From positions 1-64,000 of IMG/VR virus record IMGVR_UViG_3300045988_150026: DNA of 64,000 nt. The stretch is one strand, 5' to 3'. Each line of letters begins with the position of its first letter. Within the stretch, counting starts at the first letter, position 1. The notes under the pieces are model-generated. The model was not told the origin of the DNA. It saw nothing but the letters and a program-made list of their open reading frames with translations, and searched no databases. Positions 44,410 through 52,997 of the stretch are shown here, piece after piece. Source of the DNA: a virus. The position numbers and the translations under genes are program-made.

Positions 44410-44802
44410 ATGTTAGTTAGTTTTAGCAAAAACATCTTTTTGCAGTTGTATTGCAGAATTGAAAATAAAATCATAAACATAGACGGTAAAAGATGGAGAA
44501 ATGGCAGACATAAATGTAGATGTCATGTATGTGGCAAGGTTTTGGATTCTAAGAAAGACAAGTATAGTCCAAAAGAATGCGGTTGGATGAGATTAAAAGA
44601 CAGGAAAATTTACGATCCGTGGATTTGTCATTCATGTTTGGAACATTACAAACATGGCAAATGGAATGTTTTAGATAATTGTAGTAATGCTGGTGTATAT
44701 TGTTCTGAATGCGGAAAGAAAGTGTACAGGTCTGATTATGCAAATCAGAAAGTAAAATCAAACTTCTGTCCGAATTGTGGAGCAAAAATGGATGTGAATT
44801 GA
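44410..44802 (+). CDS. multi-CxxC zinc-finger protein
   Basis: 130 aa. Cysteine pairs CHVC, CHSC, CSEC, CPNC. Confidence 0.6.
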   Translation: MLVSFSKNIFLQLYCRIENKIINIDGKRWRNGRHKCRCHVCGKVLDSKKDKYSPKECGWMRLKDRKIYDPWICHSCLEHYKHGKWNVLDNCSNAGVYCSECGKKVYRSDYANQKVKSNFCPNCGAKMDVN

Positions 44803-44951
44803 TTGGAGGAATAACGATGGAGATCAAAGAGACAATTAGTCTTCTTAAGGGCATTCAAAAAAGAGCTGCAAGGAATCCCATTAGCTTTAGCTGATAGATA
44901 AAGAGCTGTACAAAACAGCGAATATACAAATGAAAGTGAGGTGATAAGTAA

Positions 44952-46067
44952 ATGTTAAAAGCTTACAAATATAGATTACATCCTAATAAACAACAGGAAA
45001 TTCAAATACAAAAAACTTTCGGATGTTGTAGGTTTGTTTACAATTATATGCTTAATTATAAACAGGAGTTGTATGAAACGAAGAAAGAATTTATGAGTAA
45101 GTTTGATTGTAATAATTATGTGAATCGTGTTCTTAAGAAAGAATATGAATGGTTAAAAAATGTAGACAAATTCGCTCTTACAAATGCAATTTATAATATG
45201 GATTCAGCTTATCAGAAATTTTTCAAAGAACATACTGGTTATCCAAGATTTAAAAGTAAAAAAGATAATAAAAAGTCTTATAAAACAAATAACAATGTAA
45301 ATAAGGGAATAGCAACTATTCGTATTGAAAAGAATAGATTAAGACTTCCTAAAATTGGAATGGTAAGAATTGTTTATTCAAGAGAAATAACAGAAAGGAT
45401 AAAATCTGCAACTATTTCACAAGATCCATCTGGAAAATATTTTGCATCAATATTATTTGAAGCAGAATACGAATATTTACCAAAGAGCAATAATTCAGTC
45501 GGTGTTGATTTAGGAATTAAGGATTTACTTATCACTTCGGATGGTGAGAAAATTAAAAACATTCTTACTACAAAGAAATATGAAAATAAATTAACAAAAG
45601 AGCAAAGAAAACTTGCTAAGAAACAAAGAGGTAGTGTCAACTATGGGAAACAGAGAATAAAAGTAGCTAAAATATATGAAAAAATTCGTAATATCAGACT
45701 ATATAATTTACATCAAATTTCTCACAAACTTATAATCGAAAACCAAGTGATAGTGAGTGAGAATTTAAATATAGAAAGTATGCGACAGAATCATAATCTT
45801 GCAAAATCTGTATCTGGTTGTAGTTGGTACGAATTAACTAGACAGTTATTTTATAAGGCTGAATGGTATGGAAGAGAATATATAAAAATAGATAGATTTT
45901 TTGCAAGTAGTCAGTTATGTAATTGTTGTGGTTATCAAAACAAAGAGGTTAAAGATTTATCTGTTAGAGAATGGATATGTCCGGAATGTGGAACTGTTCA
46001 TGATAGAGATGTAAACGCTGCGATTAATATTCTTAATGAAGGATTGAGATTGCTAGAAGTAGCTTAA
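44952..46067 (+). CDS. tnpB: TnpB (IS605 OrfB-type RNA-guided nuclease)
   Basis: 371 aa. N-terminal [13 protein letters not shown]. RuvC residues VGVDLGI, VSENL and [11 protein letters not shown]. Zinc finger CNCCG...CPECG. Confidence 0.9.
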   Translation: MLKAYKYRLHPNKQQEIQIQKTFGCCRFVYNYMLNYKQELYETKKEFMSKFDCNNYVNRVLKKEYEWLKNVDKFALTNAIYNMDSAYQKFFKEHTGYPRFKSKKDNKKSYKTNNNVNKGIATIRIEKNRLRLPKIGMVRIVYSREITERIKSATISQDPSGKYFASILFEAEYEYLPKSNNSVGVDLGIKDLLITSDGEKIKNILTTKKYENKLTKEQRKLAKKQRGSVNYGKQRIKVAKIYEKIRNIRLYNLHQISHKLIIENQVIVSENLNIESMRQNHNLAKSVSGCSWYELTRQLFYKAEWYGREYIKIDRFFASSQLCNCCGYQNKEVKDLSVREWICPECGTVHDRDVNAAINILNEGLRLLEVA

Positions 46068-46160
46068 ATATAAAACATACGGCAATATCTGTCGGAATTT
46101 ACGCCTGTGGAGATAGTAGGTTACGAGGTTTATGAAGCAGGAAGGTTTATAAAAACCAGA
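46068..46160 (+). ncRNA. putative omega-RNA scaffold / right end of the first element
   Basis: ACGGCAATATCTGTCGGAATTTACGCCTGTGGAG...GAAGCAGGAAGG is homologous to the 3' coding and right-end region of the second element. Extent not determined. Confidence 0.4.
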
Positions 46161-46222
46161 TAAAAACAATATTTCAAGTGGAGAATAAATAATATGTAGC
46201 ATATATAAAGGGAGGTAGTTTT

Positions 46223-47080
46223 ATGGATAGAAGTGATCTCGCAGAAAGAATGAAAGGCTATGAAAAAAGGAATAGATATTATCTTCAGCGAAGGATGCCA
46301 GTAATTTTGAGGCTAGACATGAGAGCTGGACATAGCTTCACAAAAGGATTTGAAAGACCGTTTGATGAAGTTTTTATTAAAGCAATACAAGAAACGGCAA
46401 AATATTTATGCGAAAATGTTCAAAATTGTAAGTTATCTTATCAACAAAGTGACGAAATTACATTATTACTTGTTGATTATGAAAAAATAAATACAGATTG
46501 TTTCTTTGAATATAGAGTAGATAAACTTTGTAGTATTGCAGCAAGTATGGCTACGATGAAATTTAATCAAGTTTTTAAAGAATTATCTTATAGAGAGTCA
46601 GAAAATTTGGAAATTATTTGTAGAAAAAATCCATATTTAGAAAACAGAGATTGTTTAACTAAAATTCCTAATGTACATACCAATTCAGCAGATAAAGGTG
46701 CAATGTTCGATTGCAGATGTTTCAATATTCCAAAGGAAGAAGTAACTAATAGCATTTATTGGCGACAACTTGACGCTACACGAAACTCTATTCAGATGGT
46801 AGGACAAGCTAATTTTTCGCACAAAGAATTGCAGAACAAGTCTTGCAACGATATTCAGGATATGCTTATGACTCAGAAAGGTATTAATTGGAATGATTTG
46901 CCGCTATATCAAAAACGTGGATCTTGTTGTATTAGAAATCATATGATTTCACTACCATATGGCGATTACCTGCTAGATGAAACCGCAGGTGAAAACGAAT
47001 GGATTATTGATAAAGATATTCCAATCTTCAAAGGTGAAGGTAGAAAATATATTGATAATCTTGTTTTCGTAGGAGAATAA
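46223..47080 (+). CDS. Thg1-like protein (tRNA-His guanylyltransferase family, 3'-5' nucleotidyl transferase)
   Basis: 285 aa. PVILRLDMRAGHSFTKGFERPFDE and YQQSDEITLLL correspond to the Thg1 RxDG..F...F.KP.D and SDE metal-binding motifs. Confidence 0.7.
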   Translation: MDRSDLAERMKGYEKRNRYYLQRRMPVILRLDMRAGHSFTKGFERPFDEVFIKAIQETAKYLCENVQNCKLSYQQSDEITLLLVDYEKINTDCFFEYRVDKLCSIAASMATMKFNQVFKELSYRESENLEIICRKNPYLENRDCLTKIPNVHTNSADKGAMFDCRCFNIPKEEVTNSIYWRQLDATRNSIQMVGQANFSHKELQNKSCNDIQDMLMTQKGINWNDLPLYQKRGSCCIRNHMISLPYGDYLLDETAGENEWIIDKDIPIFKGEGRKYIDNLVFVGE

Positions 47081-47085
47081 ATGTA

Positions 47086-47493
47086 ATGGATATTTTAAGG
47101 CGAGAAATTAAAAAGCAAATCGAATATTGCATAAAATTTGACAGATACAAAGCAGGATTTTTTGTTTCAGATGTGTCAAAGATTAACAAGATAAAAGAAA
47201 TCTTAGACGGAGTAAATAAAATAGTTGGGCAAATGATGCATGTTGTCAAATTAAAAGAGAATGAGTTGTATGTGGAGTTTTGGAATGGTAGTAGTATGAA
47301 AGTATTTGTACCTTCTGATAATTGTCGAGGATATAAGATCAATGGTTGTCTTATAGATGAAAATATAGCACAAGATGTAAAAGATTGTATTATATATCCA
47401 CGGATTATGCAGAGATATGTTGAAGTTGATGGCGTTCTTAAATTTGAAGATAGACTCGAAACAAATAAACGTATCGTGGAAGTAGAAATATAG
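47086..47493 (+). CDS. hypothetical protein
   Basis: 135 aa. FWNGSSMKVF....RGYKINGCLIDE is reminiscent of a terminase ATPase fragment, but the ORF is far too short. Confidence 0.55.
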   Translation: MDILRREIKKQIEYCIKFDRYKAGFFVSDVSKINKIKEILDGVNKIVGQMMHVVKLKENELYVEFWNGSSMKVFVPSDNCRGYKINGCLIDENIAQDVKDCIIYPRIMQRYVEVDGVLKFEDRLETNKRIVEVEI

Positions 47494-47505
47494 GGGAATA
47501 AACAG

Positions 47506-47781
47506 ATGAGTGTATACGAATTACAACAGCATGACGTTATTTCTTACAAGCCTCCACAGCCACATAAACAAAAGTATAAGATTGGAAAATATATTTCTGT
47601 TTACGAATTAGTTGAAGCAACATCTGGTTCACCTGCTTTAAGGTTGGAAAGAGATAAAAATGAAGACAAAATGCTTAGAGTTAATGGAATAAAATATGTA
47701 AAATTCCCGTGGTGGAAGTTTTGGAAGAAAAGAAAATATGTTGCTAAATATTATCTAGAGGTTATGTGGGGAAATAGATGA
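47506..47781 (+). CDS. hypothetical protein
   Basis: 91 aa. Confidence 0.55.
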   Translation: MSVYELQQHDVISYKPPQPHKQKYKIGKYISVYELVEATSGSPALRLERDKNEDKMLRVNGIKYVKFPWWKFWKKRKYVAKYYLEVMWGNR

Positions 47782-48128
47782 ATAAAGAAAATTTAATTCC
47801 GAATGTTACATATTCTTCCGAAGATGTTGGAAAAGCATTAAAACTAATTGTAAGAAGACTGAATGAAAGAAAAAATGAAAAAATAAAAATTTCGCACATA
47901 TGTAGTACGTGTAAACACAGATGTACAGAAACGTATTTGACGCAGGATTGGATGGTTGAAAAAGTTTGGCATAATTGGTGTGGTCTTAATAAAAAATATA
48001 TGGAAACAGAATATGGTCATGGCAATAACAAACATTTTTTAGAACCTTGCGAATATTGGGAAATGTCAGATTATTATAAAGATAAGGAAGATAGATATGA
48101 ACAATCGACAGAAAAAGAAATTTATTAA
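47778..48128 (+). CDS. hypothetical Cys-containing protein
   Basis: 116 aa. ATGA overlap with the upstream gene. Confidence 0.55.
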   Translation: MNKENLIPNVTYSSEDVGKALKLIVRRLNERKNEKIKISHICSTCKHRCTETYLTQDWMVEKVWHNWCGLNKKYMETEYGHGNNKHFLEPCEYWEMSDYYKDKEDRYEQSTEKEIY

Positions 48129-48381
48129 TAAAAACATGATTAAGCTGAAAAAGATTCATCCAGATGAAGGCGATGTAGTTATTATTCAGTTTGATCCTGG
48201 CAATGAATATATGAGTATTGGTACTGTTCTTGAGTTCTACGAAGCATGGGAAGGTGCTGGGATTTTTGATAACTGTAGAGTTGCTATTGTTCCATGCAAT
48301 GTAAAAGTTTTGGGCAAAGAAGCTGCACAAAAATGTTGTGATGCTTTGCAAGAAGTAATTAATGAGATGGATGACGATTGA
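48097..48381 (+). CDS. hypothetical protein
   Basis: 94 aa. N-terminal MNNRQKKKF is shared with 57253..57657. Confidence 0.55.
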   Translation: MNNRQKKKFINKNMIKLKKIHPDEGDVVIIQFDPGNEYMSIGTVLEFYEAWEGAGIFDNCRVAIVPCNVKVLGKEAAQKCCDALQEVINEMDDD

Positions 48382-48401
48382 TGAAAATGGATGGATAAAA
48401 A

Positions 48402-48679
48402 ATGATTAAAGAATATTGTGATATTTGTGGTAAAGAAGTTGTAACAGATAAATATTTTCTTCCGGTTATGAAAGACAGTTATGTAAGAGCAAACATGGCA
48501 TTCCTATGGTTGCAACAAAAGTAATGTCGTCTGAAAGAAAAGATGTGTGTCAAGACTGTGCAAGAAAAATACAATTTCTAATTGATTGCATTTTACTTGA
48601 TAAAGATATTTCAATAACATTTGAATCATCAGAAGCAGGTAAGTCATGTCGCATTGAGTATGTAGGAGACAAGTTATGA
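48402..48679 (+). pseudogene. zinc-ribbon gene split by a frameshift near 48489-48496
   Basis: Frame A gives MIKEYCDICGKEVV...YVRA, then stops at 48522. The frame shifted by one base continues KHGIPMVATKVMSSERKDVCQDCARKIQ... to TGA 48677-48679. The CxxC halves lie in different frames. GCAAACATGG could be a shortened A run. Confidence 0.5.
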
Positions 48680-48867
48680 TAATTGACGGTTTAGTGTACG
48701 GACTTGTAAGTGCGATGATATTATCAATATTCGGAGTAGATGATATTTTTATAGATTCATTACAACCATTTGTACATGGTATTAAATTAACTTCGGATCA
48801 TTTCTATCTCGCATTTGCATGTCTTGGGGCGATAGGAGCTATCTTAAAAGAGCTTGTAAGTTTATGA
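48676..48867 (+). CDS. small membrane protein
   Basis: 63 aa. Two hydrophobic segments. Confidence 0.5.
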   Translation: MIIDGLVYGLVSAMILSIFGVDDIFIDSLQPFVHGIKLTSDHFYLAFACLGAIGAILKELVSL

Positions 48868-48881
48868 AAGTTTTGTTTCAT
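48864..48881 (+). repeat. intercistronic motif copy ATGAAA-GTTTTG-TTTCAT, perfect arms
   Basis: Contains TGA stop 48865-48867. TAGGAGG RBS follows. Confidence 0.6.
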
Positions 48882-48903
48882 TAGGAGGATAAAAAAATAA
48901 ATA

Positions 48904-49065
48904 ATGACTACAAAAGAAAAAGAACTTAAAGAAAAATACGAAAAATTCATACAAACAAAAGAAGGTAAGGAATGGATAAATCATTGGCAGAAAATAATTG
49001 GTTCTGATACTGGCGGAGACTTTGGAGATTATTTATATGATTTCTATCCTGAAATGATTTCTTAG
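48904..49065 (+). CDS. hypothetical protein
   Basis: 53 aa. TAGGAGGA RBS. Below the track cutoff. Confidence 0.5.
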   Translation: MTTKEKELKEKYEKFIQTKEGKEWINHWQKIIGSDTGGDFGDYLYDFYPEMIS

Positions 49066-49077
49066 AAGGTAAATATT

Positions 49078-49584
49078 ATGAAGAAAACAAAAATTATTAG
49101 TGCATTTCCTGCTTGTGGCAAGACATATGCTTTTAAAAAATTAAACGAAAAAGGTTATAAGATTCTCGATAGCGATAGCAGTCAGTTCAGTTGGTGTTAT
49201 GATTATGATCCAACCAATTCAGATAAAATTGAAAAGTATCGTAATCCAGAATTTCCAAGTAATTATATTCAGCACATTAAGGAGAATATTGGAAAAGCTG
49301 ATTATATTTTTGTAAGCAGCCACAAAGAAGTAAGAGATGCTTTAATTGAAAATGGAATCTCTTTTACATTGGTTTATCCTGACAGAAGTATGAAAGCTGA
49401 GTGGATCGGTAGAATTTTCTTGCGTGGAAGCGGAGAAAAATTCTGTCAGCTCATTGCAAATAATTGGGATAGTTGGATTGATGAGATGGAAGAAATTGAG
49501 TGCGACAAATGGATTCTTGGAGATAAAGAATCAATTGACAAATACTATTACATTGGCGAATTGATAGAGAATAAATTGATTTGA
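49078..49584 (+). CDS. P-loop NTPase / kinase-like protein
   Basis: 168 aa. The N-terminus IISAFPACGKTY is Walker A-like. Confidence 0.5.
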   Translation: MKKTKIISAFPACGKTYAFKKLNEKGYKILDSDSSQFSWCYDYDPTNSDKIEKYRNPEFPSNYIQHIKENIGKADYIFVSSHKEVRDALIENGISFTLVYPDRSMKAEWIGRIFLRGSGEKFCQLIANNWDSWIDEMEEIECDKWILGDKESIDKYYYIGELIENKLI

Positions 49585-49599
49585 TAGGATGTGAAGATT

Positions 49600-50031
49600 A
49601 TGTATCAAAATTGTTGTAAAAAGTGTGGAGGTGCATCATTACATACAGAAGTAAAAGGAAGTAATACAGGATTATATTGTGATGATTGTGGAGCATGGCA
49701 ACGTTGGCTTGGGAAAGACGAATTGAGAGCGTTTGAATATTCGATGAGAGAAGCAACAAAAGAAGAAAAAGACTCTGTAAATAAATACATTGAAAGTATT
49801 TCTAAGCCAACAGGTGTAAATTTCTATGATAAAGAAGATGACGTTGCAAAAATTATTTATGATAATCTGAACTATATGTACTGTGACAACTGTAGATGTA
49901 ATAGTGAAATCAAAAAAGACAGTGATGAATGTGGTTGTGAAGATTGCCACAGAAAATATAATGGCTGGGGAATTTCTATGCAGACAAGTAAGCGTATTGC
50001 AAAAGAGATTCTTGAGAGTATTGGAGAATAA
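49600..50031 (+). CDS. zinc-ribbon protein
   Basis: 143 aa. Cysteine pairs CKKC...CDDC plus a C-rich C-terminus. Confidence 0.55.
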   Translation: MYQNCCKKCGGASLHTEVKGSNTGLYCDDCGAWQRWLGKDELRAFEYSMREATKEEKDSVNKYIESISKPTGVNFYDKEDDVAKIIYDNLNYMYCDNCRCNSEIKKDSDECGCEDCHRKYNGWGISMQTSKRIAKEILESIGE

Positions 50032-50033
50032 AT

Positions 50034-50249
50034 ATGTGTAAGTTACCTAAGACAAGTTGCGATATTCCGATGCCAGAAGTTGTAACAGTTAGCAAACCAA
50101 AAACAATTGCAAGAATTAAACTATGCGGTGGAGCGATGACTCTCACTGTCACAGATTACACGTCATGGGAAAAACCAACGGAAGAACAGATTAAAAATCT
50201 GCATGAGATGTTGTGTATTGATGTTGAAATTTTGGAAGATGGAGAATAA
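50034..50249 (+). CDS. hypothetical protein
   Basis: 71 aa. GGAGAATAA junctions on both sides. Confidence 0.55.
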   Translation: MCKLPKTSCDIPMPEVVTVSKPKTIARIKLCGGAMTLTVTDYTSWEKPTEEQIKNLHEMLCIDVEILEDGE

Positions 50250-50254
50250 GTATT

Positions 50255-50533
50255 ATGCGTATATGTAATATGGGATATGAAGTCGAAGAAGATTTAATAC
50301 CACCTGAAAGATGTCATTCTGATGGTCGCCCAGATTCTTGCAAAGAATGTCGTAATTATAACAGAGAATATGATCTTATAGAACAAGCTATTGAGTCTGC
50401 TAAATGCCGTATATATCGGTTAAAAGCTAATCCTGGCAGTACAGAAGCACATCAAAAGAAAGCAGAAAATCAGCAGGAATTAATGGAGATTACAATTAGA
50501 GCGTTGGAGTTTTATAGAGATGAGTACGAATAA
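50255..50533 (+). CDS. hypothetical protein
   Basis: 92 aa. Confidence 0.55.
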   Translation: MRICNMGYEVEEDLIPPERCHSDGRPDSCKECRNYNREYDLIEQAIESAKCRIYRLKANPGSTEAHQKKAENQQELMEITIRALEFYRDEYE

Positions 50534-50711
50534 TATTAAAAAAGATTCGAGAGGACTTAGGGCGGAGTTGAAATTTTACGACGATTTCATGTTTGACAAA
50601 GAAGAACTCGACAATGTTATAGAGATATTTGCGAACATACCTGAGAAGTATATTGTACCATGTGAAACATTGTTATATGCGAGTTCTGCATGGAAAGAGG
50701 GTGAAGAATAA
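50520..50711 (+). CDS. hypothetical protein
   Basis: 63 aa. Confidence 0.5.
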   Translation: MSTNNIKKDSRGLRAELKFYDDFMFDKEELDNVIEIFANIPEKYIVPCETLLYASSAWKEGEE

Positions 50712-51143
50712 ATGGAAGTATTAGCAAACACGGAGTATCAAGATGTTTATAGAATTGTAGATGGTGTGCTGCTTATTGTAAATAAATTTTTGTATAAGGA
50801 CTATTCTAAGAAAACAAATCGGACTGTGCATGTTCGTGATAGAGGAAGAGACTATTGTAAAACCTATCATAAAGGCTGTCAAAAATGGTTAAAAGAATTG
50901 AAGAAAGATTATCTCGACACATCTGCTACAGTTACAATTCCTAAAGGTACAGTTCTGTATCATGGTTATCCAGTAGAACCTACAAATAAACCAGAGAATT
51001 ACATTTACGAGATCAAAACCACAGGTGATGCATTTAGTGGTGATTATAATGAAGTAATGGATATGATTAAGAATATCCGTGAAGTTATGGATGGTAATAA
51101 TTTTGCAGATGATTCTTGTATGAGAGGTGAAAATAATGTCTGA
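50712..51143 (+). CDS. hypothetical protein
   Basis: 143 aa. Confidence 0.6.
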   Translation: MEVLANTEYQDVYRIVDGVLLIVNKFLYKDYSKKTNRTVHVRDRGRDYCKTYHKGCQKWLKELKKDYLDTSATVTIPKGTVLYHGYPVEPTNKPENYIYEIKTTGDAFSGDYNEVMDMIKNIREVMDGNNFADDSCMRGENNV

Positions 51144-51687
51144 TTTATATGTCTACTTAATTCGTTCAAGAAACAAAGACAACAAGGATGTTCCTAATTT
51201 CAAAGAACGAGCAAAGACTATCTTAGAATACAAAGAAAATGAAGAAAAAGTATTTGATGAATTTTATAAATTTGCAGCAGATGGAGTTCCTGGCGAACAG
51301 ACAAGATTGTATCGGTCTGTAAATTCTAGGAATGAAGAAAAGATAAGAGAAGAACTTATTATTAGATTGCTTAGAAATAAACCAAGTATGACAAAGCTGA
51401 ATCGTATATTGGCTTCAGTTACGCAGCAGGTGGAAAATCGTGATGAGGGTAAATGGTTATTTGATTTTGATGTGGATGATGAGATTATCGCAGATGATTT
51501 TATTGATGACATTTTTATCCAAACAGATATGGATTATCCAATAGAAAAAATTAAACGTTATAAAACTCCGCATGGTTATGCAATTGTAGTTCCACATGGA
51601 TTTGACACTAGAAAACTCATGGAGAAGTGGAAAGATTACGATATCACATTAAAGAAAGATGGATTGTTATTTTTGGATATGATTTAA
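51136..51687 (+). CDS. hypothetical protein
   Basis: 183 aa. GAGAGGTGA RBS before ATG 51136. Confidence 0.6.
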   Translation: MSDLYVYLIRSRNKDNKDVPNFKERAKTILEYKENEEKVFDEFYKFAADGVPGEQTRLYRSVNSRNEEKIREELIIRLLRNKPSMTKLNRILASVTQQVENRDEGKWLFDFDVDDEIIADDFIDDIFIQTDMDYPIEKIKRYKTPHGYAIVVPHGFDTRKLMEKWKDYDITLKKDGLLFLDMI

Positions 51688-51811
51688 AGGGTTTTGTCAG
51701 AAATTCCATTAACTTTAGCTGATGGGATGAATGACAGAGAATAACTGTATATGAGTAATAATTAGAAATCTAAAAAACAGAGAATATACAAATGAAAGGA
51801 AGTGATTGTAG

Positions 51812-52915
51812 ATGTTAGTAGCATATAAATATAGATTATATCCAAACAAAGAACAGCAAGCATACTTTGCGAAGTGTTTTGGATGTGTACGATTCATCTA
51901 CAATCGTATGCTTTCAGATAAGATTGATTATTATAAAGAAACAAAACAGAAATTAAACAATACACCAGCTCAATATAAGAAAGAATTTGAATGGTTAAAA
52001 GAGGTTGACTCTCTTGCATTGGCAAATGCACAGATGAATCTACAGGCAGCTTACAATAATTTTTTCAAAAGACCAGAAGTGGGCTTTCCTAAATTTAAAA
52101 GTAAGAAAAGTCATAAATTTTCTTATACAACTAATAATCAAGGTGGAAATATTTATGTATCTGATAGGTATATAAAACTTCCTAAAATTGGTTTGGTTAG
52201 AGTAAAGAAACATAGAGATTTTGATGGATTAATTAAGTCTGTTACTGTTTCTCAAAACCCTTCTGGTAAATATTATGTCTCTGTTTTGGTTAGCCAAGAA
52301 GACAAAGAAAAACTACCTATTAACAATAACGAAATAGGAATTGATCTTGGTATTAAAGAATTTGCAATTACTTCTGATGGAGAAATGATTGAGAATCCAA
52401 AATATCTTAGAAAGTCTGAAAAGAAATTAAGAAAATTACAAAAGAATTTATCTCGTTGCAAAAAAGGAAGTAAAAACAGAGAAAAATGTAGAATTGAAGT
52501 TGCAAAACAACATGAAAAGATTACAAATCAAAGAAAAGATTTTTTACATAAATTAGCTACGAGAATTATTCGTGAAAATCAAACAATAGTTCTTGAAGAT
52601 TTAAAAGTAAAAAATATGATGAGTAACCATAAATTAGCAAAATCAATTGCAGATGTATCTTGGAGTGAATTTGTAAGGCAATTGGAATATAAAGCTGATT
52701 GGTATGGACGAGAAATTATAAAAATTGATACTTGGTATCCATCTAGCCAGATATGTTCTAATTGTGGTCACAGAGATGGAAAGAAAGCATTGTCTATAAG
52801 AGAATGGACATGTCCTAATTGCGGAACGCATCATGAAAGAGATATTAATGCAGCAATAAATATTCTCAATGAAGGTTTGAGAATGAGAACGGCAGGAACT
52901 GTCGAGATAGCCTAA
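51812..52915 (+). CDS. tnpB: TnpB (IS605 OrfB-type RNA-guided nuclease)
   Basis: 367 aa. [13 protein letters not shown]. RuvC residues IGIDLGI, VLEDL and [11 protein letters not shown]. Zinc finger CSNCG...CPNCG. Confidence 0.9.
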   Translation: MLVAYKYRLYPNKEQQAYFAKCFGCVRFIYNRMLSDKIDYYKETKQKLNNTPAQYKKEFEWLKEVDSLALANAQMNLQAAYNNFFKRPEVGFPKFKSKKSHKFSYTTNNQGGNIYVSDRYIKLPKIGLVRVKKHRDFDGLIKSVTVSQNPSGKYYVSVLVSQEDKEKLPINNNEIGIDLGIKEFAITSDGEMIENPKYLRKSEKKLRKLQKNLSRCKKGSKNREKCRIEVAKQHEKITNQRKDFLHKLATRIIRENQTIVLEDLKVKNMMSNHKLAKSIADVSWSEFVRQLEYKADWYGREIIKIDTWYPSSQICSNCGHRDGKKALSIREWTCPNCGTHHERDINAAINILNEGLRMRTAGTVEIA

Positions 52916-52981
52916 GTAAACTTATCTCATTAGAGATATTGATTAGGAAGCCCAACGAGCTTTAGCTCGTGGGTAGTTCAC
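52916..52981 (+). ncRNA. putative omega-RNA 3' scaffold / right end of the second element
   Basis: GGAAGCCCAACGAGCTTTAGCTCGTGGGTAGTTCAC hairpin, as seen at IS605-family right ends. Confidence 0.45.
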
Positions 52982-52997
52982 AGATAATATTCCAAAG

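Larger units (their letters stand above)
44871..46160 (+). mobile_element. IS200/IS605-family element carrying tnpB only, no tnpA (boundaries approximate)
   Basis: Left-end hairpin CCATTAGC-TTT-AGCTGATAG and AATATACAAATGAAAG are shared with the second element. 3' hairpin GGTTT-ATAA-AAACC at 46144-46157. Confidence 0.6.
51699..52981 (+). mobile_element. second IS200/IS605-family element carrying tnpB only (boundaries approximate)
   Basis: Left-end hairpin CCATTAAC-TTT-AGCTGATGG. Right-end hairpin CCCAACGAGC-TTT-AGCTCGTGGG followed by TAGTTCAC. Confidence 0.65.

Noticed and set aside
35009-47493. NGS...RG...(L)IDE-like strings in 35009..35221 and 47086..47493 as terminase large-subunit genes.
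   Set aside because: The ORFs are only 70 and 135 aa. There is no Walker A and no nuclease domain. At best they are fragments.
12926-48881. Reading the ATGAAA-N6-TTTCAT motif as conserved mini-ORFs (MKxxFH or MKxxFQ).
   Set aside because: The Met-Lys...Phe-His reading is forced by the palindrome itself. There is no RBS in front of the ATG, the ORF lengths vary (3 to over 20 codons), and some copies lie inside upstream coding sequence.
44871-52981. The two TnpB elements as ends of a composite transposon carrying the Thg1-like gene.
   Set aside because: IS200/IS605 elements transpose as single-stranded units defined by their own left- and right-end hairpins. The two copies are divergent, and no tnpA is present. 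There are no matching outer ends.
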